From Octopus sinensis (Eukaryota), in the NCBI RefSeq assembly GCF_006345805.1, contig NW_021827195.1, positions 1-11,023 of the forward strand: 11,023 nucleotides of DNA. The letters are read 5' to 3'. Within the stretch, counting starts at the first letter, position 1. The number at the start of each line of letters is the position of its first letter. Of this stretch, positions 1 through 7,507 are shown in pieces. Made by a program: the position numbers and the translations under genes. Under the pieces are notes generated by a model, which worked only from the letters and a program-made list of their open reading frames with translations, was not told the DNA's origin and did not search any database.

Positions 1-230
1 ATAATACATAATAATTAAATATAATAATGGTGTATGGTGATGATGATGATTATGATGATGATGCTACTATAATAATAATAATATCTAATAATAATAATAA
101 TAATAATAATAGTATTAAATTAATAGTAATAATATAATAATAATAATAATAATATAATATAATAATACTAATAATAATAATAATCAATAATAATAATAAT
201 AATAATAATAAATTGTTCGATATTATTATT
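1..230. repeat. Degenerate (AAT)n microsatellite with a short (GAT)n block
   Basis: Runs of aataataat, with tgatgatga at about 36-63. Confidence 0.95.
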
Positions 231-615
231 GATGTTTCTGTCACACTCCTAACATCGTGTTCATGAACAGACATTTTGTTTACATTGCAAAACCAATCTT
301 GACAAAACCACGGAATTTTACTCCGATTTTCTCATCCCTTTCGTCTAATGACCAATGATGGAATTTGTGAAAGTTTAAAAGTTATATTTTGATAATGGAA
401 AGATCAAAAGATGTCAGAAACATTAAATAATTTCTTAAAATGTTTTTCACTAAATTACAACAAAGTTATATACAAATACATATGTGTTGTAGACCAACCC
501 TTATTTTGGCTCCACAGATCGGTTTCATGCAGGAAAATCTTTCCACAGAACGTAGTATCATAAGTTTAACTAAACATAATAAAACGTATTATATACTATA
601 TTGAATACATATATA

Positions 616-737
616 GGCGCAGGCGTGGCTGTGTGGTAAGAAGATTGGTTCTCAACCACATGACTCCGGGTTCAGTGTTACTGTGAGGCACTTCGGGCAA
701 GAATCTTGGTAGACGGAGACTGGAAGAAGCATGTCGT
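616..737 (+). mobile_element. tRNA-derived SINE family A, 5' part, internally deleted
   Basis: ggcgcaggcgtggctgtgtggtaag...ccgggttcagt...gggcaag...ggtagacggagactggaagaagcatgtcgt aligns with 7508-7662 but lacks about 42 nt between tctt and ggtagacgg. Confidence 0.85.
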
Positions 738-773
738 GTATATATATGTGTATATATACATACATACATACAC

Positions 774-810
<37 letters not shown>

Positions 811-895
811 ATATATATAGATATATATATACATATACATACATATATATATATACATATATATGTGTGTGAGTGTGCATGTGTGTGTGTGTATA
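738..895. repeat. (TA)n/(TG)n compound microsatellite
   Basis: Direct reading. It occupies the same position as the central microsatellite of the longer family A copy. Confidence 0.95.
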
Positions 896-990
896 GTTAA
901 TAAAAAAGAAGAAAAAATCACAAGAGATAAAACAACAACGCAGGGACGTGGTACATGCAAAGTAATAAAAGACACTCAGGGAAGGAAATA
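896..990 (-). mobile_element. Partial copy of the short (TA)n-associated element (family D)
   Basis: Starts tatagttaat after TA/TG repeats, as at 4041-4050. caacgcagggacgtggtaca..aagta..gacactcag matches caacgcgaggacgtggaaca..aagta..gacgctcag at 4078-4121. Strand inferred from the ribozyme-like motif in the other copy. Confidence 0.65.
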
Positions 991-1070
991 TACGAGGTGG
1001 TACCCAAAAGTAACTGTCGAACAAGTCCGTTGTAGTTCAGGCTTCCACCGCTAGAGAAATTGAGAGGTTA
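991..1070 (+). mobile_element. Possible Tc1/mariner terminal fragment
   Basis: TA followed by CGAGGTGGTACCCAAAAGT resembles the TA-CGAG..AAAAG termini of the MITE at 10226-10438. No matching opposite TIR was found nearby; the right boundary is approximate. Confidence 0.4.
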
Positions 1071-1084
1071 CAGCTCTGCTATTA

Positions 1085-1168
1085 GTAAAAGAATTACCTT
1101 CTCACGTCATATCGATTTATAAAGGTCCGGTTTCCCGATTTATGGCGTATATTATACATATATATATA

Positions 1169-1217
<49 letters not shown>

Positions 1218-1342
1218 CTCCCCTGGACTGGAGCAACGTGAAATAAGTGGTTTACTCAAGAACACGACCCGTCACCCGGTCCAGGAATCGAAACCACAAT
1301 CTTACGATCTAACAATCTAACCACTGAGCCACGTACCTCCAG
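1085..1342 (-). mobile_element. tRNA-derived SINE family C with CORE-like body, interrupted by (TA)n, flanked by a 14-nt target site duplication
   Basis: Minus strand shows A-box TGGCTCAGTGG (1331-1321), B-box GTTTCGATTCC (1294-1284) and body ttcttgagtaaaccacttatttcacgttgctccagtcca. Flanks cagctctgctatta (1071-1084) and cagttctgctatta (1343-1356) match at 13/14. Confidence 0.75.
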
Positions 1343-1605
1343 CAGTTCTGCTATTAAGAGCATGTGATTAGAATGTAGCTGGAAACAATCGCAAGGCAGA
1401 TTCTTCAACCTTTGCAGTTGACCTAGGGAACGATACAAAAAGAAAACGAGATGATTTTATAATACCCATTGTTTTCGTTGGTTATGCTTGAGAATCCTGG
1501 CTGAAAGTGTACTGGCGTTTCCTATCTGATAGGACTCTATGAAGGAGTTGCCTGAGGACGCTACACATACAACTCTGTCGAGAAGAGTACACGGGAAGGC
1601 GGGAA

Positions 1606-1771
1606 GGCAGTGAGCTGGCAGAAACGTTAGGACGCTGGGCGAAATGCTTAGCAGTATTTTGGCTGCCGTTACGTTCTGTGTTCAAATTATGCTGAGGCTG
1701 ACTTTGCTTTTCATCCTTTCCAGGTCGATAAAATAAGTACGAGTTATACACTAAGGTTGATGCAATCAACT
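1606..1771 (+). mobile_element. SINE family B with head, 3' tail missing
   Basis: ggcagtgagctggcagaaacgttag head, B-box-like gttcaaatt, body ctttcatcctttccaggtcgataaaataagtac. Confidence 0.85.
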
Positions 1772-1778
1772 ATCCTAA

Positions 1779-1944
1779 GTTCTGAGTTCAAATTCCGCCG
1801 AGGTCGACTTTGACTTTCATCCTTTCGGGGTCGATTAAATAAGTACCAGTTACGCACTGGGGTCGATGTAATCGAATTAATTCCTTTGTCTGTCCTTGTT
1901 TGTCCCCTCTATGTTTATCCCCTTGAAGGCAATAAAGAAATAAG
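1779..1944 (+). mobile_element. SINE family B unit, 5' truncated, tail type 1
   Basis: Runs from gttctgagttcaaattccgccgaggtcgac to gtcccctctatgtttatccccttgaaggcaataaagaaataag. Confidence 0.9.
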
Positions 1945-2158
1945 AAACGTTAGCACGCCGGGCGAAATACGTAGCCGTATTTCGTCTGCCGTTTAAGTTC
2001 TGAGTTCAATTCCACCGAGGTCGACTTTGCCTTTCATCCTTGCGGGGTCGATTAAATCGTACCAGTTACGCACTGGATCGATATAATCGACTTAATCCGT
2101 GTGTATGTCCTTGTTTGTCTTCTCTGTGTTTAGCCCCTTGTGGGTAGTAAAGAAATAG
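1944..2158 (+). mobile_element. SINE family B unit, near full length, tail type 1
   Basis: Runs from gaaacgttagcacgccgggcgaaat to agccccttgtgggtagtaaagaaatag. Confidence 0.9.
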
Positions 2159-2343
2159 GTATTTCGTCTGCCGTTACGTTCTGAGTTCAAATTCCTCCGA
2201 GGTCGAATTTACTTTTCATCCTTTCGGGGTCGATTAAATAAGTACCAGTTACGCACTGGAGTCGATATAATCGACTTAATCCGTTTGTCTATCCTTGTTT
2301 GTCCCCTCTGTGTGTAGCCGCTTGTGGGCAGTAAAGAAATAAG
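2159..2343 (+). mobile_element. SINE family B unit starting at internal gtatttcgtc, tail type 1
   Basis: Directly abuts the previous tail; same body and tail. Confidence 0.9.
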
Positions 2344-2360
2344 AACAGTAGGCGGGGAAT

Positions 2361-2415
2361 ATGGATGGTTGGATGGATGGATGGATGGATGGATTGATGG
2401 ATGGATGAATGAATG
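2361..2415. repeat. (GGAT)n microsatellite
   Basis: Direct reading. Confidence 0.95.
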
Positions 2416-2705
2416 GCTGTTGAGCAGTTTAAGATACTTAAATATAAATCTCGTTACTCTCAAGCTCACACATACAAACATACACACAACATATGGACAT
2501 ATAAATGTATGCGCATACAATCACACAAAATCACTCGCGAAATAGAAAAAAAAAAGAAAAATGTCAACTGTTTTCTATTGATTTACTGTTGACAACGACA
2601 TCTAAAACAAACACTATTGGTTTCTCGTATTTTGTTCTTTTCTTTTGCCCTGCCGCCTATGTTGATAGCCAGAACCGAGCAAGATATAATATGATTTTTG
2701 CAGCA

Positions 2706-2878
2706 TATGTGTGTGTATGTGCGTGTGTGTGTGTGCGTATGTATGCATGCATGTATGTATGTATGTATGTGTGTATGTATGTATGTATGGATATATGCAT
2801 GTAAGCATATATGTATGTGCGTTTGTGTGTATACACCAACACTATATAAGTGCGAGTGAGGTGCACGAGTGTTTGTAG

Positions 2879-2909
<31 letters not shown>

Positions 2910-3030
2910 ATATATATATATATATATATATATATCGTTGGTCGTTGGCAAAAAGGAGACAAACTTAACAAGCAAGTGCAGTACAGTGTCAGTAAACACT
3001 GCGACAACAGAGAGAGAGAGAGAGGGAGAG
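2706..3030. repeat. Cluster of (TG)/(TATG), (CA)/(TA) and (GA) microsatellites with short unique spacers
   Basis: Blocks at about 2706-2832, 2882-2935 and 3008-3030. Confidence 0.9.
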
Positions 3031-3379
3031 ATTGTAGTTAGAAAACATCATTATAAGTGGCATGACATAGATTGCGCTTGAAGGCAGAGTGAAATGAAGG
3101 TAACTCCGTACTTTTGTCTATTGCAGCTTCAAGACAAATCGCACCTAATGCTCCGCAGCTAAGTTAAGTGTCAGCTCCAATTTCTAAGACCATGAGTCAC
3201 TGCATTTATGGAAGACATATGTGTAATCATTATTAACGCCGTGCTACATCTAAAGCATCCTCCTGTGGCTTGATTTTTTTTTTTCTCTACCGAAGTTTCG
3301 AAGATAACTTCTCATAGCTTCCATTTTTATTTATTTCCTTTACTTTTTTTTTTCTTTTTGTCTCCTTTTGTTTCTATAG

Positions 3380-3484
3380 AATGCTTGTAGAAGAGAGGTT
3401 AGAAAGTTATTAGTGCAGCTTCGCAGCAAGGTGTCGAGCCCGCGAGTCGTATGTAAAGCGATCACTTCTCCAGGGAAACAATGA
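3380..3484 (+). CDS. Candidate coding exon, product unknown
   Basis: A pyrimidine tract of about 55 nt ends in ctatAG (3378-3379). One frame stays open: NACRREVRKLLVQLRSKVSSPRVVCKAITSPGKQ*. A possible GTATGT donor after 3448 would give a 69-nt exon. No homology recognised. Confidence 0.25.
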   Translation, partial: NACRREVRKLLVQLRSKVSSPRVVCKAITSPGKQ

Positions 3485-3607
3485 ATATAGGTTCTATTCA
3501 ATTTAGAGCGTGTTTTAATATACAACCAAGTCACTGTTTTGCTATTGCTACCGTTTTTATTCTATATTTCCATTTAATATTAATACAAACACAAAGACAC
3601 AAACGTG

Positions 3608-3614
3608 TATATAG

Positions 3615-3655
<41 letters not shown>

Positions 3656-3765
3656 TTACATATATATTATATCATTTATATATATATATATATATGATTT
3701 TATTATATATATATATACATATATTATTAACTATTATATATATAATATTTAGATATATATATATG
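3608..3765. repeat. Degenerate (TA)n
   Basis: Direct reading. Confidence 0.9.
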
Positions 3766-4044
3766 CTTATGTCTACACTTCTTAGTAGGTGTATAGATAC
3801 ATACGCATATATAAATAAATATTCCTACGCTGGTTTCAGCGAAAGGCTGAGGGCTATACTTGGGCACCTCTTTTCAGTGCTTTGGTGGGTTACTTTCTGG
3901 ATTGTTTTTAGTGAAGAAGCAAGCCGGACGGAGTTACTTTTCTTTGTACTTCCTGCCTTGATATGGTTTCATCTGGGATTACAGATGGAAATTTGTCCCG
4001 GTGCTTTATACATACATGCAGGTTTATGTATATATATATATATA

Positions 4045-4250
4045 GTTAATCCAAACAAGAAACCCGAAAAAACACAGCAACGCGAGGACGTGGAACAATT
4101 CAAGTATTATTTGACGCTCAGAAAGAAGGGAGGAGGGTTTAACGTTTCGAGCGGAGCTCTTCGTCGGAAACAAGGAGAAGGAAAGATCCCGAGAAGGGAA
4201 GACAGAGGAAAAAAATATTTTTGCTGGTGGTGCTCAAGAGATCACATGTT
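4045..4250 (-). mobile_element. Short non-coding element (family D) within (TA)n, carrying a hammerhead-like motif; possible non-autonomous Penelope-like derivative
   Basis: (TA)n on both sides, homology to 896-990, and the motif at 4137-4171. The Penelope link is inference from the known association of such motifs with Penelope-like elements. Confidence 0.6.
4137..4171 (-). ncRNA. Minimal type I hammerhead ribozyme-like motif (variant core)
   Basis: Minus strand reads GTTT CCGACGA A GAGC TCC GCTC GAA AC GT T AAAC: stem I GTTT/AAAC, core CYGANGA, stem II GAGC/GCTC, GAAA, palindromic stem III ACGT and an NUH site. Confidence 0.65.
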
Positions 4251-4521
4251 AAAAATATATATATAAATATATGTATGTATACATGTATTTTAATGAAAGT
4301 AAATATAACTCGCATTGGGAAATTCTGGCAAAATATAGGAGAATGTTATAAAATATATAAAATTTGGCTGTTACAGCAAAACGAGTACACGAGGACTTAT
4401 TACTATATTAAATTACTATATTAAAATTATATATATATATACATGATATATGAAAGCCGAAAATTCTTTATATTCGCCGTCCACACACATCTTTGCCTCC
4501 ATACATTCAGGGAAGCTTTAC

Positions 4522-4578
4522 CTTGCGTCGAACAATTGGTACCTATTTATAATTCTACCTTTACGGTGCTTTATTTCG
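4522..4578 (-). CDS. Candidate 57-nt symmetric (phase 2-2) internal exon, product unknown
   Basis: Minus strand acceptor gttattttccAG and donor AAG|GTAAAG. Only one frame is open: xEIKHRKGRIINRYQLFDA(R/S). Confidence 0.4.
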
Positions 4579-4611
4579 CTGGAAAATAACATTATTATAT
4601 TGTAACAAGAT

Positions 4612-4654
<43 letters not shown>

Positions 4655-4752
4655 CATACATACATACATACATACATACATACAAGTATGCGCGCGCACA
4701 CACACGCGCACGCACACACGCACACACACACAAATAGATAGACAGACAGACG
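4612..4752. repeat. Compound (CA)(TA)(CATA)(CG/CA)(GACA) microsatellite
   Basis: Direct reading. Confidence 0.95.
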
Positions 4753-5070
4753 GAGGCAATTATGCAGATAAACGAATTGGGTACATTATTTAAATTACAT
4801 GTATTTAATATATTAATACAATAGTTTGGGTACGAAATACAAAATATGTATATATGTATACATGCAAAGCGAGAGAAAGCAAAATGTGGAAACTTTCAGA
4901 TGATGAATTTTTAAGTATGAATTTATAGATATTTATATTAATAGATCCAACTAACACAGAGTACAATCGATAGAGAAAATTGTGTAGGTAGAAAAAATGG
5001 GTTATATGTACAAGAGCTGGTTCTGGGTGCTCGGAGATCCATAATAATGTTGAGGGAGGGGTGGCTCTTA

Positions 5071-5217
5071 TGTTTTGAGTTCAATTTCAGCTCAGGTCAA
5101 CTTTACTTTTCATTTTTCTCAGGTTCAATGAAATAAGGTACCATTCCAATTCAGATGTCCATGCTATCGACTAACTCGTCCCCTAACAACAGCCGGCCTT
5201 GGGCCTAAGTTTGAAAC
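5071..5217 (+). mobile_element. Diverged SINE family B copy, tail type 2
   Basis: ttgagttcaatttcagctcaggtcaactttacttttcat...ggccttgggcctaagtttgaaa. Confidence 0.7.
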
Positions 5218-5230
5218 GCATATTTCCCGA

Positions 5231-5410
5231 AATATTGCTTCCAAATTTTTGCACAAGTCCAGAAAATTTGGAAGCGGTATAAGTCGATTACATCGGCCCC
5301 AGTACTCAACTTGTACGTATTTTATCGGCCGCGAAAGAATGAAAAGCAAAGTCGAACTCGGCGGAATTTGAACTCAGAACGTGAGCTAAAGATTCTGCCA
5401 GTTTGCCGCC
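5231..5410 (-). mobile_element. SINE family B, tail type 2, deletion within head
   Basis: Reverse complement reads ggcggcaaactggcagaatctttagctcacgttctgagttcaaattccgccgag...ggacttgtgcaaaaatttggaagc. Confidence 0.85.
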
Positions 5411-5430
5411 TTCATTTGACATAAATATTA

Positions 5431-5641
5431 GCTTCAAATTCTGCCGTAAGGCCGGCAAATTCGGGGTAGGGATTGGTCGATTACATCGACCCTGGTACCC
5501 AACTGGCATTTATTTTATTGACCTCGAAAGGATGAAAGACAAAGTCGACCTCGTCAGATTTTTGAACTCAGAACGTACAGACGGATGAAATACCGCTAAG
5601 CATTTTGCCCGGCGTGCAAACGATTCTGCCACCGAGCCACC
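5431..5641 (-). mobile_element. SINE family B, full length, tail type 2
   Basis: Head, B-box-like segment, body and ggccttacggcagaatttgaagc tail on the minus strand. Confidence 0.85.
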
Positions 5642-5659
5642 TTATCTTAGCTAAATATT

Positions 5660-5814
5660 CTTTTCTGATCTAGGCATAAGGTCCGAAATTTTGGGGGAGG
5701 GGGCCAGTCGATTATATCGACCCAGTACGCAACTGGCATTTAATTTATCGACCTCGAAAGGCAAAGTCGACATCAGCGGAATTTGAACTCAGAACTTAAC
5801 GGCGGATTAAATAC
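5660..5814 (-). mobile_element. SINE family B unit starting at gtattt, tail type 2
   Basis: Reverse complement ends ggccccctcccccaaaatttcggaccttatgcctagatcagaaaag. Confidence 0.85.
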
Positions 5815-5998
5815 CTATTTCTTTACGACCCACAAGGGGCTAAGCACAGAGAGGACAAACAAGGGCAGACAAACGGATTAAGTCGATTATATTGACTCCA
5901 GTGCGTAACTGGTACTTATTTAATCGACCCCGAAATGATGAAAGGTAAAGTCAACTTCGGCGGAATTTGAACTCAGAACATAACGGCAGACGAAATAC
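5815..5998 (-). mobile_element. SINE family B unit starting at gtatttcgtc, tail type 1
   Basis: Reverse complement of the unit type at 2159-2343. Confidence 0.9.
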
Positions 5999-6081
5999 CT
6001 ATTTCTTTACTACCCACAAGGCCAGACGTAACGGCAGACGAAATACGGCTACGCATTTCGCCCGGCATGCCTGCTCGCCGC
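5999..6081 (-). mobile_element. SINE family B head followed by a 27-nt tail fragment
   Basis: Reverse complement reads gcggcgagcaggcatgccgggcgaaatgcgtagccgtatttcgtctgccgttacgt ctggccttgtgggtagtaaagaaatag. Confidence 0.8.
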
Positions 6082-6302
6082 TTTATCTCAGCTAAATATT
6101 GATTTGTAAAACATTGAAACAGACTGACACATAATTTATTAGTCCATCTATTTGAATTTTAATTTTTCTATCTTCTGTCTGACATGCGAAAATATTTAAT
6201 ACTTGAACCTTTTGCAGATAGATTGGTAATAGCTGGGTTTGAACCTCGAACTTAGACACTTCCCTAAATACTTCCTAGACACTTCCATAAAGATATACAT
6301 TT
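6082..6302. repeat. Copy 1 of a locally duplicated segment of about 220 nt
   Basis: Aligns end to end with 6539-6759 (roughly 85-90 percent identity by eye). Confidence 0.9.
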
Positions 6303-6308
6303 CATATG

Positions 6309-6538
6309 TATTTCTTTACTACCCACAAGGGGCTAAACATAGAGGGGACAAACAAGGACATACACACGGATTAAGTCTATTACATCGACCCCAGTGCGCA
6401 ACTGGTACTTAATTTATCAACCCCGAATGGATGAAAGGCAAAGTTGACCTCGGCGGAATTTGAACTCAGAACGTAACGGCAGACGAAATACCAAAAAGCG
6501 TTTCGCCCGGCATGCTAACGTTTCTGCCAGCTCGCCGC
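6309..6538 (-). mobile_element. SINE family B, full length, tail type 1
   Basis: Head, body and tail all present on the minus strand. Confidence 0.9.
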
Positions 6539-6759
6539 TTCATCTCAATTAAATATTGACTTGTAAAACACATTAAAACAGACACACATAATTTATTAGT
6601 CCATCTATTGGAATTTTAATTTTTTTATCTTCCGTCTCGCATGCGAAAATATTTAATACTTGAACCTTTTGCAGATAGACTGATAGTGGTTGGGTTTGAA
6701 CCTCGAACGTAGACACTTCTCTATATACTTCCTTGACACTTCCATGAAGACATACATTT
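6539..6759. repeat. Copy 2 of the duplicated segment
   Basis: Aligns with 6082-6302; offset 457 nt. Confidence 0.9.
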
Positions 6760-7106
6760 AGTATGGCACACATTATTTGGCCTAAATACAGACTTTACAA
6801 ACATTGGTACAAAGTTGCACGTGATCTATTATTTTCCTTTCTCTTGTCTCTGTGCAAATATATTTATTATATTTGCATAAAATTTTTACCTTTTGCTTTT
6901 GCGGCTAGATTGATGATCTACCTCTCATTTGATTGAACTATTGATATGAAATAGATAAATCTATCATTTAAAAAGATAACCCTCCCTCTCACCCTCTCCC
7001 TCTCTCTCCCTCTCTTTTATCTGTCAGTCTCACGCAGCACAGAACCAAATATATTGTGGTCTTCCTAACCATTTAACAAACTAGATGTTTTAGCACATAC
7101 TTACGC

Positions 7107-7310
7107 GGCGGCAAGCTGGCGGAATTGTTAGCATGTCATACAAAATGCTTAGTGATGGTTCTTCCACTGCTGAGTTCAAATCCCACCGAGGTCATCTTTG
7201 CCTTTCATTTTTTCGGGGGTCGATAAAATAAGTACCAAGTCGAGCACTGCGTCGATGTAATCGACAAGATCCTTCACCCGAATTACAGGCATTGTACCTA
7301 TAGTAGAAAA
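7107..7310 (+). mobile_element. Diverged SINE family B, full length, tail type 2
   Basis: ggcggcaagctggcggaattgttagc...gagttcaaatccc...ggcattgtacctatagtagaaaa. Confidence 0.8.
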
Positions 7311-7507
7311 TAAAACCAAGCATTTTGTTTCGACAGGGCATCAGCGAGGGGACACAGGTTCAAATCCCTTCTGTACTCTCACATTTTCTTTCAATTTTTA
7401 AAATATCTTTTTCAAATATGTTTTTTTTTTTACATTTGAATGTCACATTTTATTTAAAATATAAACTTTATTTGAATCATTTTGTTAGGTTTTTTTTCAG
7501 TTTTGTA

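Noticed and set aside
1280-1340. tRNA gene from A-box and B-box motifs (also at 7508-7565 and the SINE-B heads)
   Set aside because: No complete cloverleaf, and each continues into a SINE body.
1520-1534. Perfect dyad TCCTATC-T-GATAGGA resembling a tet operator
   Set aside because: Spacing differs from tetO, the context is eukaryotic, and one 7-bp dyad in 11 kb is expected by chance.
1606-2343. CRISPR-like look of recurring palindromic GTCGA repeats
   Set aside because: The intervening sequences are homologous to each other rather than unique spacers; these are SINE units in eukaryotic DNA with no cas genes.
3040-3162. Minus-strand frame CGALGAICLEAAIDKSTELPSFHSAFKRNLCHATYNDVF* faintly resembling a LINE ORF2 C-terminus or terminal exon
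   Set aside because: Weak acceptor, no diagnostic WN.LP motif, and nothing else supports it.
3827-3856. Second hammerhead candidate cgctg-gttt-cagc-gaaa-gg-ctgaggg
   Set aside because: A hairpin plus GAAA is present, but there is no CUGANGA core in the correct position and no room for stems I and III.
3481-4266. 261-aa ORF, the longest in the window
   Set aside because: It runs through two (TA)n fields and the family D element, and (TA)n is stop-free in the Ile/Tyr frames. The hydrophobic middle part (3820-4020) has no clear splice signals or recognisable homology.
7357-7368. Isolated B-box-like GGTTCAAATCCC
   Set aside because: No convincing A-box or SINE body around it; too short to call.
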